Of a stretch of 64,000 bases of DNA, positions 27,116 through 36,539 are shown one piece after another. The position numbers and the translations under genes were made by a program. The notes under the pieces were generated by a model that saw only the letters and a program-made list of their open reading frames with translations, was not told where the DNA came from and ran no database searches. The stretch comes from Bdellovibrionota bacterium. GTDB lineage: Bacteria > Bdellovibrionota > Bdellovibrionia > Bdellovibrionales > Bdellovibrionaceae. The DNA lies in the NCBI GenBank assembly GCA_963170155.1, contig CAUJGP010000037.1, positions 25,552-89,551 of the forward strand, read 5' to 3'. Positions within the stretch are counted from its first letter, which is position 1. Every line of letters begins with the position of its first letter.

Positions 27116-28678
27116 ATGTTAGACCAAGAAATCAAAGAACAACTTAAAACCGTTTTTGCGCCGTTAGAATCTGTCATTACTTTGGTTTACAATGAAACAG
27201 ATCATTCGGATCAAGCGTCGCTTTTAGAAATGCTAACAGGGTTGAGTGAAGCTCATCCCAAAATACAGCTTCGAAATTCAGGAGTTAAAACCAAAGACCC
27301 CAGTTTTTATATTGAAAAAGCAGATAAAAAAAACGGGATTCTTTTTCGCGGGATTCCAGGAGGGCATGAGTTTTCCTCTCTGATCCTTTCTATCCTTCAT
27401 AGTGACGGTAAGGGAAAATTTCCTGATGCTTTAATGATTGAAAGAATCAAACGATTGAAGGGTCCAATAAATCTTAGAACTTACATTTCATTAACTTGTG
27501 AAAATTGCCCGGATGTGGTTCAGGCTCTCAATCAAATGGCTGTTTTACACGGAGACTTTACTCATGAGATGATTGATGGCGCTTACGCTCAGGATGAAGT
27601 GAATGCTTTAAGCATCCAGGGAGTGCCAAGTGTCATGATGGGGGAACAACTCATTCACTCCGGACGCATTCAATTTTTGGATCTTCTTGTGAAATTGGAA
27701 CAGGCCTTTGGAATTCATGAGGGAGAAAAAAATCAATCGACATCTCAGGCGCAAAATCATGGTCACTATGATGTGGCTGTTTTAGGGGGAGGGCCGGCGG
27801 GTATCTCTGCCGCCATTTATAGTGCGCGGAAAGGTTTGAAAACCATTCTTATTGCTGAAAGACTGGGTGGACAAGTTCAAGAAACAAAGGGGATTGAAAA
27901 TCTCATTTCTGTTGTATACACGGAAGGCCCTCAGTTGGCGCATCAACTTCAAAAACATATGGAAACTTATTCCATCACAAGCCTTGAGCATCGTCGAGTG
28001 TCTCGTATTTCAAAAAATAATCCAAAAGAAATTCAATTGGAAGGCGGAGAAACTTTAACGGCTCAATCCATTATTATCGCTACGGGTGCGAAATGGCGCG
28101 AGTTGGGGATTTCGGGTGAAAAAGAATATTTGGGACGTGGAGTGGCTTTTTGCCCTCACTGCGATGGACCTTATTACAAGGGCAAAGTAGTTGCTGTGGT
28201 TGGAGGGGGAAATTCCGGAGTGGAGGCTGCGATCGATTTGTCGGGCATCGTTAGCAAAGTCATATTATTTGAATTCCAAGACCAATTGAAGGCGGACCAA
28301 GTTTTGATTGAAAAACTAAAATCGATTCCCAATGCATCGATTGTGACGTCGGCTAAAACGAATTTGATTGAAGGTGATGGCCAAAAAGTAACGGCTTTAC
28401 ATTACCTTGATCGCAAGACAGATCAGCCGAAAAAACAGGAGTTGGATGGTGTCTTTGTGCAAATTGGTTTATTGCCCAATAGTGCCTTTGTGAAAGAGTT
28501 TGTGGAAACTACGCCCTTTGGTGAAATTGTGGTGGATCCAAAAGGACGCACTTCTGTTCCTGGCGTGTATGCCGCAGGAGATGTCACCACGACACCTTAT
28601 AAACAAATTGTCATTGCCATGGGAGAAGGCGCTAAAGCGGCGCTTGCTGCTTTTGAAGATCGGATGCACACGGCTTAG
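27116..28678 (+). CDS. ahpF: Alkyl hydroperoxide reductase subunit F
   Basis: N-terminal thioredoxin-like CENCPD, FAD site [12 protein letters not shown], redox CPHCDG, NADH site [12 protein letters not shown]. Confidence 0.95.
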   Translation: MLDQEIKEQLKTVFAPLESVITLVYNETDHSDQASLLEMLTGLSEAHPKIQLRNSGVKTKDPSFYIEKADKKNGILFRGIPGGHEFSSLILSILHSDGKGKFPDALMIERIKRLKGPINLRTYISLTCENCPDVVQALNQMAVLHGDFTHEMIDGAYAQDEVNALSIQGVPSVMMGEQLIHSGRIQFLDLLVKLEQAFGIHEGEKNQSTSQAQNHGHYDVAVLGGGPAGISAAIYSARKGLKTILIAERLGGQVQETKGIENLISVVYTEGPQLAHQLQKHMETYSITSLEHRRVSRISKNNPKEIQLEGGETLTAQSIIIATGAKWRELGISGEKEYLGRGVAFCPHCDGPYYKGKVVAVVGGGNSGVEAAIDLSGIVSKVILFEFQDQLKADQVLIEKLKSIPNASIVTSAKTNLIEGDGQKVTALHYLDRKTDQPKKQELDGVFVQIGLLPNSAFVKEFVETTPFGEIVVDPKGRTSVPGVYAAGDVTTTPYKQIVIAMGEGAKAALAAFEDRMHTA

Positions 28679-28691
28679 CGATCTTCAGGCC

Positions 28692-29885
28692 TTAGAGGTT
28701 TTTTTCGAGATAGGTCAAGGTTTCTTGGTAAGGGACAGGCCTTCCGAAAAAATAACCTTGAAGGTAGTTGCATCCAAGCTCGCGTAGGATGATGGCTTGC
28801 TTTTCTGTTTCAACGCCTTCAGCGACAACCTCTACGTTAAGGCCTTTAGCGATACTAATAATGGCTTGAACAATGATTCTCGCTTTGGGTTCTTGTTCTA
28901 GTTTTCTTACGAAGGATTGATCAATTTTAATTGTGTCGACATTGAAGTCGCTCAAATAGCTAAGCATGGAGTAACCAGTCCCAAAATCATCTAAAGATAC
29001 GGGAAAACCCATGCTGCGGCACTTTTCAATCCAGTAAAAAAAGATATTTCCTTCTAATAGGATTTTTTCTGTGATTTCTAATTTTAAATGACTTTCTTTG
29101 ATTCCGTATTTTTGAGGAATGGTTTCCAGCATGTGAAAAAAATTAATATCAGAAAATTGCTTCCCAGAAATATTGACGGCGAGAAAGATATCTTGGCGAG
29201 TGGCATTGGATTTTGAAGCAAGAAAATTTTGAAAGCTTCGAAGACTTTCACAAGCTTTTTCAAAAACCCATTTGCCAATGGGTACAATCAAGGAGGTCTC
29301 TTCTGCAACTCCCATGAATAAATCAGGACGAACCATTCCGCGGGATTCACTCTGCCAACGAATGAGAGCTTCAAAGCCCATGGCTTTGAAGGTTTCTGCG
29401 CACACGATGGGTTGAAAGTAGAGAAGAAAAGATTGATCCATCAAGGCTTCAAAAAGTTCGGCTTCAAATTTGATTTTATCAATGACTTTGCTGTGAGACT
29501 CTTGTGCATCTAACTGGTGTTTTTCTGAAATTTGATGTTTGTCCACGCCAAGATTGTCCCTCATGCGCTTGAGAAGAATAGAGACAAGAAGGCGCACGAT
29601 AGGATCAGCAATGTCCATGCGTTGTTGAAATTGAGTGCGAGAAACAATGGAAACTTGCAAATCTTCGAGGGCTCTGGCTGATGCTGATCGCGTGGAGTGG
29701 TCTAAAATAGCCATTTCACCAAAGATCTCTCCCGGACCCAAAGTGCTCACGGCAACTTCAACGCCGAAATTTTCCGTGAAAATTTGAACACGACCAGAGT
29801 CAATGATATAAGCGCAGTCACCCTCATCGTGGGTTCTAAAAACAATTTCGCCTTTTTTATATTTTTTGAGAGTCGTTTGTGACAT
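28692..29885 (-). CDS. Cyclic-nucleotide-binding domain fused to EAL c-di-GMP phosphodiesterase
   Basis: N-terminal CAP-type cNMP domain (GEIFGEMAIL...RSASARA). The EAL domain has the full catalytic set: EALIRW, AVNISG, LEITE, DDFGTGYS, KIDQSF, AEGVET, QGYFFGRP. Confidence 0.85.
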   Translation of the reverse strand: MSQTTLKKYKKGEIVFRTHDEGDCAYIIDSGRVQIFTENFGVEVAVSTLGPGEIFGEMAILDHSTRSASARALEDLQVSIVSRTQFQQRMDIADPIVRLLVSILLKRMRDNLGVDKHQISEKHQLDAQESHSKVIDKIKFEAELFEALMDQSFLLYFQPIVCAETFKAMGFEALIRWQSESRGMVRPDLFMGVAEETSLIVPIGKWVFEKACESLRSFQNFLASKSNATRQDIFLAVNISGKQFSDINFFHMLETIPQKYGIKESHLKLEITEKILLEGNIFFYWIEKCRSMGFPVSLDDFGTGYSMLSYLSDFNVDTIKIDQSFVRKLEQEPKARIIVQAIISIAKGLNVEVVAEGVETEKQAIILRELGCNYLQGYFFGRPVPYQETLTYLEKNL

Positions 29886-29961
29886 GTAAGAATTATTCTC
29901 TCGTAATTTTAATAGGATGACAAGAAGTCTAATGGAATTCTCAAGGACCTCATCATTGGTC

Positions 29962-31506
29962 TTAAATCCATCGATTCACAATGGCTTCGGCGATGTTGAC
30001 TCCATCACAAGCGGCAGAGGTAATTCCACCCGCATACCCCGCACCTTCGCCAGCCGGATAAAGTCCGGGATGTGAGAGACTCTCCAAAGTTTCGTGATTT
30101 CTCACAACACGAATAGGGCAAGAAGTTCTTGATTCGATGGCAAACAACTGAGCCTCTGGAGAAATAAATCCCTTCATTTGTTTGTGGAATTCTCCAATGC
30201 CGGCTTGCAGTCGAGAACGTAAAAAACTAGGCATGAGTTGATCAAGGCGAGTGGCAATGGCGCCCGAAGGTGAGGAGGTTGAAAGCAGTTGTGAGCTTCC
30301 TTGACGTTCATCGAGAAAATCAGTGAGTTTTTGCGCTGGCAGTTGTTTGTCGCCACCAGCAGACTGCACGAGTTGTTTGGCTTTGCGTTCTAAGTCGCGG
30401 CGGAAGTTCAGACCACCAAAAAGGTCGCGACCAAAAAGTTTTTCATGATCAATGGAGACAACTAAAGCGGAGTTAGCCCATGGAGAGTTTCGACGGTAAT
30501 TACTCATGCCATTGCAAACAAGCCCTTCTTCTTCTGTTCCACTTGAGAGAATATAACCTCCAGGGCACATGCAAAAACTGTAGACTCCGACATTGTTTTT
30601 TTGATCGTGAAAAGTGACTTTATAGTTAGCGGATCCAAGTTTGGGGTGTTGAGCATAATTACGAAATTGGATTTGATTAATGGTGGATTGAGGATGTTCG
30701 ACTCTCAATCCAATGGCGTAAGATTTACCTTCGAGGGTGACCCCGAGATCATGCAGGTGGTAGAGCATATCTTCGGCGCTGTGGCCCGTGGCAAGCACAA
30801 CGGTGGGAGAATAAAACTCCTGCCCTTGCTCTGTTTTTACGCCTTTTATTTGTTGGTTGGACGACGTGAGTATTTCACGAACTTGAGTGTTAAAATAGAT
30901 TTCACATCCACAGGCAATCAAGTATTGGCGCAGTTTTGGAATCACTCGCCGCAGTCGATCACTCCCAACGTGAGGGTTGGAGAGATATTCGATTTCTTCT
31001 GGGGCTCCAAAGTCCACCAATCGCCGAAGCACATAAGGAATATGCGGAGATTTTATTCGCGTGATCAACTTGCCATCAGAATACAGTCCAGCTCCTCCTT
31101 CACCAAAACAAACATTGTTTCTAGGGTTGAGTTTGCCGTAGCGCCAGAATTGATTGATGCCCATCATGCGTTCTTCAGCTTGAGAGCCTCTTTCAAAGAG
31201 AAGACAGGGGATTCCCCTTTCCACCAATCGAAGAGCACAGAATAAACCAGCGGGTCCTGAACCCACGATAATGGGCTTTAATCCTTGAGGATTCATTTTT
31301 TCTAAGGGAAACTCTTTCCGGGAGAGAGTTTCATGGGTCTCTGCAATTTCAACGGAATAAACAAATTGAGGTGATTTTTTACGCGATCGAGCATCAATGC
31401 TTTGTTTTAAAATGCGATAACCGTTGTGGTTGGGCATCAAGTCTTGAAGTTTGTCTTCGAGATTGCTATCTAAATCGATGATAAGGTCATTAAAGATTTT
31501 GGACAT
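29962..31506 (-). CDS. FAD-dependent oxidoreductase of the uncharacterised COG2509 type
   Basis: Rossmann motif IIVGSGPAGLFCAL and the C-terminal LYPAGEGAGYAGGI motif characteristic of this family. Confidence 0.7.
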   Translation of the reverse strand: MSKIFNDLIIDLDSNLEDKLQDLMPNHNGYRILKQSIDARSRKKSPQFVYSVEIAETHETLSRKEFPLEKMNPQGLKPIIVGSGPAGLFCALRLVERGIPCLLFERGSQAEERMMGINQFWRYGKLNPRNNVCFGEGGAGLYSDGKLITRIKSPHIPYVLRRLVDFGAPEEIEYLSNPHVGSDRLRRVIPKLRQYLIACGCEIYFNTQVREILTSSNQQIKGVKTEQGQEFYSPTVVLATGHSAEDMLYHLHDLGVTLEGKSYAIGLRVEHPQSTINQIQFRNYAQHPKLGSANYKVTFHDQKNNVGVYSFCMCPGGYILSSGTEEEGLVCNGMSNYRRNSPWANSALVVSIDHEKLFGRDLFGGLNFRRDLERKAKQLVQSAGGDKQLPAQKLTDFLDERQGSSQLLSTSSPSGAIATRLDQLMPSFLRSRLQAGIGEFHKQMKGFISPEAQLFAIESRTSCPIRVVRNHETLESLSHPGLYPAGEGAGYAGGITSAACDGVNIAEAIVNRWI

Positions 31507-31582
31507 AAGCTTGGAGGGCGTCCCTTCATTTCTTCGAAGCTTGCATTGTATTGAAATTTTTATTTTTTGGCAAAGAGGTTTT

Positions 31583-32407
31583 ATGAAAATTTTGTATTGG
31601 ATTCCTAAAAATTTAGTGAGTTACGTTGCTGGTAAACTTATGTACCTAAAGCTTCCGAGAGTCTTAAGACAAAAAGCGATTCGTTCTTTTGCTCAAATCT
31701 ATCAGATTGACTTACAAGAAGCTGAAAAACCCATTGATCATTATGACAGTATTGGGGATTTTTTTACACGAAAACTGAAAGAAGGCGTTCGTCCTCTGGC
31801 CCATTCTGACTATGTTCATCCTGCTGATAGCCAAATGACAGCCCGTGGAGAAATCCAACAGCACCAACTGATTCAAGCTAAAGGGAGATCCTATTCCTTA
31901 TTTCATTTTTTAGATACTCCTCCATCAGAAACTTGGTCTCATGGTTTTTTTATAACCTATTATTTATGTCCTACAGATTATCATCGTGTGCATTCTCCTA
32001 TCGAAGGCTGGGTCAAGGAGGTGAGGTATATTCCTGGTCAGCTTTGGCCTGTGAATGATTGGAGTGTGACCCATATTGATGAGCTTTTTTTGAAAAATGA
32101 GCGAGTGGTGGTTGAGATGAACTCCGACAAAGGGCCTTTGACTTTGGTTTTTGTTGGTGCCACAAACGTTGGTTCTATCCAGCTTTTTTGTGAACCCAGT
32201 TTGCGAACGAACCATACTCATGTCCGAAAACCTCAAACATGGACTTATCCAGAAAAAACCCTTTTGATTCAAAAAGGACAAGAGTTAGGAATGTTTTGTA
32301 TGGGTAGCACGGTCATTGTTGTAGCATCACAAGCGTGGCAGCAGGAGCTTTCTGCGATCACTCAAGATCAGAGGCCTCAAATGGTGAAGGTCGGTTCTTT
32401 TAACTAA
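31583..32407 (+). CDS. psd: Phosphatidylserine decarboxylase proenzyme
   Basis: LCPTDYHRVHSP and the self-cleavage motif MGSTV. Start moved to ATG 31583 after AAGAGG, because the longer ORF overlaps the divergent gene. Confidence 0.85.
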   Translation: MKILYWIPKNLVSYVAGKLMYLKLPRVLRQKAIRSFAQIYQIDLQEAEKPIDHYDSIGDFFTRKLKEGVRPLAHSDYVHPADSQMTARGEIQQHQLIQAKGRSYSLFHFLDTPPSETWSHGFFITYYLCPTDYHRVHSPIEGWVKEVRYIPGQLWPVNDWSVTHIDELFLKNERVVVEMNSDKGPLTLVFVGATNVGSIQLFCEPSLRTNHTHVRKPQTWTYPEKTLLIQKGQELGMFCMGSTVIVVASQAWQQELSAITQDQRPQMVKVGSFN

Positions 32408-32418
32408 TCAGCTGTTCA

Positions 32419-32784
32419 TTACCCGGAGTAAGAGCACTCTGTTGTGGGTGTTTCTGCAATTGTGATTTTTTGGAGCTCAGGAATTTGTGGCTTAATGCGA
32501 TCAAAGAGATAAATGCAGAGTGACTCCGAGGTTGGCTTTTCTAGCCCAGGAATATCGTTTAAATAGCGATGGTCAAGAGTGTTTAAAAGAGGACGAACCA
32601 CAAGATCGATGTCGTGGTAATCTCGCATCCAAGCAAGCTCCTCATTCCATGGTCCGTAAAGAAAGAGACTGATGACAAAGCTATGCCCATGGAGTTGAGC
32701 ACAAGGGTGTTGAGGCGGAAGATAAGAGAGCTTACGAGCGGCTTCAATTCGGTACTGAACTTTTATTTCAAAATTTTTAGACAT
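32419..32784 (-). CDS. queD: 6-carboxy-5,6,7,8-tetrahydropterin synthase (QueD)
   Basis: CAQLHGH (C-x3-HGH), LDHRYLNDIPGLEKPTSE and a C-terminal ETPT.EC, closely resembling E. coli QueD. Start moved to MSKNFEIK, giving ~121 aa. Confidence 0.85.
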   Translation of the reverse strand: MSKNFEIKVQYRIEAARKLSYLPPQHPCAQLHGHSFVISLFLYGPWNEELAWMRDYHDIDLVVRPLLNTLDHRYLNDIPGLEKPTSESLCIYLFDRIKPQIPELQKITIAETPTTECSYSG

Positions 32785-32818
32785 AAAATTCATCTTCATT
32801 TTAAAGGGGTTTAGTTGT

Positions 32819-32853
32819 AGAGTGAAGATTTGCGGTGAAAAATACTTCACTCT
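32819..32853. promoter_or_regulatory. 9-bp perfect inverted repeat in the divergent queD / PTPS-like intergenic region
   Basis: AGAGTGAAG-N17-CTTCACTCT read from the sequence. It lies 35 nt upstream of queD and 36 nt upstream of the PTPS-like gene. Confidence 0.4.
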
Positions 32854-32888
32854 GTGTGTTTGATCTTTTACTCGGAAAAGAGGGGGAT

Positions 32889-33389
32889 ATGCAAGAAATC
32901 AGTCACAAGGTTCTTCGGCTTTCCAAGGAAAATCTCAAATTTTCGGCAGCTCACTTTTTAATTTTTGACGAGAATAGAGCTGAGCGGCTTCATGGGCATA
33001 ATTACAGGGTGCGATTATCTATAAAAATGGAATGGACTTCATCTTTCGTTCAACAAGGGTACGGAGTTGATTTTGCAGTGTTGAAAAAAATTGTGAAAGA
33101 TCAACTTGATTTATGGGATGAAAGGGTTTTGCTTCCGTCCTTGAGAAAGGACATGGAGGTTAATACAAGAGGACCTTCTTTAGATTTGAAGTTTCGTGAT
33201 CGGCACTATTTATTCCCCGCGAATGAGGTGGTTCTTTTGCCAATTATGAATACTTCCGTTGAACTGCTTTCTGGCTTATTAAGTGAGATTTTTTGGAAGG
33301 CCATGTCTCCTTTGGGAGTGGTGGGAGTGAGTGTGGAAGTGGAAGAGACTTTGGGGCAATCTGCTGAAAGTACCGTAGGAGCGATTTAA
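32889..33389 (+). CDS. PTPS/QueD-family paralog lacking the catalytic Cys
   Basis: FSAAHFL...AERLHGHNYRVRL keeps the zinc-binding His residues, but the C-x3-HGH Cys is Ala. ATG 32889 follows AAGAGGGGGA. Confidence 0.7.
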   Translation: MQEISHKVLRLSKENLKFSAAHFLIFDENRAERLHGHNYRVRLSIKMEWTSSFVQQGYGVDFAVLKKIVKDQLDLWDERVLLPSLRKDMEVNTRGPSLDLKFRDRHYLFPANEVVLLPIMNTSVELLSGLLSEIFWKAMSPLGVVGVSVEVEETLGQSAESTVGAI

Positions 33390-33390
33390 T

Positions 33391-33567
33391 ATGTTGGTGA
33401 GTTTTATCGTTGGCGGATTTATTTTTTTTACTTTATTGATTTATTTTGTGGTGTTGTTTTTATTTCCTGAATGGGTTGGGGTTTCGGGTCGAGATCATCG
33501 AAAGCGAATGGAAGAACAACGAGATCAATCCATTGAGGCTTCCTCTGAAAATAAACCGTCTGTTTAG
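33391..33567 (+). CDS. 58-aa single-pass membrane protein, below the ORF-track cutoff
   Basis: ATG lies 1 nt after the PTPS-like stop, with TAGGAG 10 nt upstream. Encodes MLVSFIVGGFIFFTLLIYFVVLFLFPEWVG followed by a charged tail. Confidence 0.45.
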   Translation: MLVSFIVGGFIFFTLLIYFVVLFLFPEWVGVSGRDHRKRMEEQRDQSIEASSENKPSV

Positions 33568-33658
33568 CTGAGAGATTGAACTTTCATCGACTGAAAGCAA
33601 GTTGCACCCCTTGTGGAAGCACAACCCCAATTTGATAAAAGTAACACGCAATGGATTA

Positions 33659-34948
33659 TTATTGATGATGAGATGCTAAAAGCTTCTGTACAAAACTCGG
33701 TAAAGCAAAAGCAGCTTGATGAATTTCTGCATTATAATAACGAAGCCCATGAGTCTCTGAAAAGTTTTTAGCCTTAGCTAAATCGAGATCGACCACAGGA
33801 GAAAGTTCATTTTTTGTCCCTAATTGAATGCTCCACATTCCGCTGGGGTAGCTAGGAACGTAAAAAAGAAGAGGATGAGCATTTTGAGCACCGAAGACTT
33901 CTTTAAGGCAATGATGAAGCCCCACAAAGGCTTTTGTGTGAAACATAGGGGATTCGCCTTGGGCGGCCAACACTCCACTTGTTTTTAAAGCTCGTTCTGC
34001 ATGACGATAGAAATCAACTGTAAAGAAACCTTCTGCTGGTCCTACAGGATCTGAGCCATCAATTAAAATCACATCATAGCTATTGGGAGACGCGTTTTTA
34101 ACAAATTCAATCCCATCGCCGATAATAAGATTCAAACGAGGATTTTCAAATTCACAGCTGATTTGAGGAAGCCATTCTTTGGATGCTTTTATAACGACTT
34201 CATCAATTTCAACCATGGTGACCTGTTTAACATTGGGATAACGAAGAATTTCTCGGATTGTTCCTCCATCGCCACCACCAATGACTAAAACATTCTCAGC
34301 TTTGCCATGAAGTTGCAGAGCGGGATGCACGAGCATTTCATGGTAGTGAAATTCATCTCTCTCTGTGCACATAATCATGTTATCGATGGCAAGCATCTTG
34401 CCATAAGCATGAGTATCGTAGACGCTGACTTTTTGGTAAGGCGAGTGTTCTTTAAAAAGTACATTTCCTGAGTACCGTAAAGACAAGGCTTGATTTTCGT
34501 CTTTATCAGTGAACCATAAATTTCTTTTGTATTGAGGCTGTAAAGTTTCTTCGAGTGATTTTCTTTGGTCTTTAACGTGAAATTCAATACGATTTAGCAT
34601 ATTGAGTGCACCTCGATGCATTTCAATCGCGGAATGATTTTTGGCTTCGAAAACTTTTTTCAGGTGATCAAATGAAATCCAAGGATCGACAGTATCACCA
34701 CAGGTGAAGAGATCCACGGCGGCGTATTGGTACTCAGGCCAAGTGTGAATAGCTAGATGAGACTCTTGAATAACAACGACCCCAGAAACACCAAAAGGAG
34801 AAAAATGATGAAATGTAGAATTAATAACTGTTGCCCCTGCATTTTTTGCAGCTTCAACCATTCCCTTTTCTATAAGATCAACATCATTTAGGGTTTGTGA
34901 ACTGCAACCAACAAATTCTACCAAAATATGGCGTCCCAAAGCACTCAT
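33659..34948 (-). CDS. Fused S-adenosylmethionine decarboxylase (SpeH/SpeD class 1) and spermidine synthase (SpeE)
   Basis: N-terminal [32 protein letters not shown] is the pyruvoyl proenzyme cleavage region. C-terminal [14 protein letters not shown] and [16 protein letters not shown] are the aminopropyltransferase signatures. Confidence 0.85.
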   Translation of the reverse strand: MSALGRHILVEFVGCSSQTLNDVDLIEKGMVEAAKNAGATVINSTFHHFSPFGVSGVVVIQESHLAIHTWPEYQYAAVDLFTCGDTVDPWISFDHLKKVFEAKNHSAIEMHRGALNMLNRIEFHVKDQRKSLEETLQPQYKRNLWFTDKDENQALSLRYSGNVLFKEHSPYQKVSVYDTHAYGKMLAIDNMIMCTERDEFHYHEMLVHPALQLHGKAENVLVIGGGDGGTIREILRYPNVKQVTMVEIDEVVIKASKEWLPQISCEFENPRLNLIIGDGIEFVKNASPNSYDVILIDGSDPVGPAEGFFTVDFYRHAERALKTSGVLAAQGESPMFHTKAFVGLHHCLKEVFGAQNAHPLLFYVPSYPSGMWSIQLGTKNELSPVVDLDLAKAKNFSETHGLRYYNAEIHQAAFALPSFVQKLLASHHQ

Positions 34949-35097
34949 CTTTAGTAATCTCCCTCTTCAAAAGCGAAGTTTACGAGGTATAAACTAAAAA
35001 TACATTCTGTCAATGGATAATGAAAACAATTCAGTTATCAGTTATGAAATGAGGGATCTCGTGTTCTGAGTGTCAATTCTTATTGTGATGTCATTCA

Positions 35098-36198
35098 TTA
35101 CTGAGATTGTTTACGCAGTAAATGGAGGGTGATGAGCATAAAAAGAATATTAGGTGCCCAGATCCACAGAGATGAGGGATATTTCGTTGTTCTCGAAATA
35201 GATTCAAAGACCAAAAAGCTCACCCAGTAAATAACGATGATAGATAAAGAAATAACGAGTCCAGAGCCTCTCCCACTTCTTCTTTGATAGTTAATGCCCA
35301 GCAAACATCCAAGAATGGCAAAAAGAAGACAGGCTAAGGAAACAGAAATTCTTTTATGGTACTCAGTATTATATGATTGCAGCACTTTGGATTCGAGATT
35401 TTTATTTTCTTGGGCTGTACGAATTTCTTCAAGAGTCATGCTCTGAAGAGATTTACTTTTTTCTTCTGTTGTATAATTTTCATTCAGAGAAATATAGAAT
35501 TTTCCGAAATTGATTTTTGTATGCGTATCTGTTTTTCGATGGATATCTCCTTCTTCTAGCTCCAATTGAACTTGTTGCCCCGTCAGTTGGTTACTTTGGT
35601 TCATGAAGCCTTTTTTTGCAATAATAGTGAGGGGTGGTTTTTGGCGCTCGTCATAAATGAAAACATGATTAAGAGAGCCGGTATTTGGATCAATCTTGGA
35701 GGCATAGACAACCATGTCGAAAAAACCCTCCATAAAAGTGCCTTCCTTGAGGGAGAAAGCCGCTTTTGTGTTGCCCAAGGTGCTAACTAAGACTTCGAAT
35801 TTTCGATTACCCCAAGGAGCCATCTCAAAAGAGAGTTGTGCCGAGAGAGCAGTAACAAGACTTCCTAAAATAAATACAGGAAATAGCAGTTGAGAGAGGC
35901 TGATTCCCGAGGCCTTGAGAGAAATAATTTCAGAATCGTTACTCATTCGTGAAAAAGTGAGGAGTACCGAAAAGAGAAGACTCATGGGGAGGATAGCGGG
36001 GAGCAGGCTAATGGCCATATAAAAGAGAATCTCTACAAGTGTTTGACTGCCAACACCGTGGATGAGTGCGAATTCAGCTAGTTTGAGTCCCTGAAACATA
36101 AGAAGAATAAAAAGAAAAACAACATTTGCCATAATAAAGCTTGGGAGAAGCTCAAAAAAAAGATATCGGAAGGTTGTAATAGAAAAATTCCATTTCAT
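35098..36198 (-). CDS. LptF/LptG-family (YjgP/YjgQ) permease
   Basis: N-terminal FRYLFFELLPSF, three TM helices, a periplasmic beta-rich insert, then three more TM helices. Start at MKWNFS is chosen by family N-terminus; ATG 36279 or 36312 are alternatives. Confidence 0.7.
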   Translation of the reverse strand: MKWNFSITTFRYLFFELLPSFIMANVVFLFILLMFQGLKLAEFALIHGVGSQTLVEILFYMAISLLPAILPMSLLFSVLLTFSRMSNDSEIISLKASGISLSQLLFPVFILGSLVTALSAQLSFEMAPWGNRKFEVLVSTLGNTKAAFSLKEGTFMEGFFDMVVYASKIDPNTGSLNHVFIYDERQKPPLTIIAKKGFMNQSNQLTGQQVQLELEEGDIHRKTDTHTKINFGKFYISLNENYTTEEKSKSLQSMTLEEIRTAQENKNLESKVLQSYNTEYHKRISVSLACLLFAILGCLLGINYQRRSGRGSGLVISLSIIVIYWVSFLVFESISRTTKYPSSLWIWAPNILFMLITLHLLRKQSQ

Positions 36199-36539
36199 AG
36201 AGACATACTTTATAACTTTAATAATGTTAAAAAAAATTTCTCGATAGCGACTTGTTAAAAGGCTCGCTTCTTCCTTCATTAGTATTCTTTCACTAAAAGA
36301 GAAAGTATTCAAGACAGGACTTCTGCTTGATTGGCCTGTGTTGCGAAATTAACAAATAATTGGCGCAAGCGAATTGTTTAAGAGAGACATTTCTGGCCGA
36401 GTTGAACAATGTTTGGATGTTGCTTTTCATAATTCCTTTGGATCTATAATTTTTGGTCAATCCTCGTCTATAGTCTATTTTTTTGAACTTGGCGAACAAA
36501 GGCATGGAGAGTTTACTTTTCCCAGAGCCATAATAAATT

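Noticed and set aside
30601-31245. 214-aa ORF antisense to the FAD-dependent oxidoreductase gene
   Set aside because: It lies entirely inside a longer gene with clear family motifs on the other strand. This is a typical shadow ORF.
32785-32853. Possible preQ1-I riboswitch upstream of queD
   Set aside because: A hairpin followed by ACAACUAAA is suggestive. However, the stem (9 bp) and loop (17 nt) are larger than the known aptamer, and I could not find the pseudoknot complement. It is reported only as an inverted repeat.
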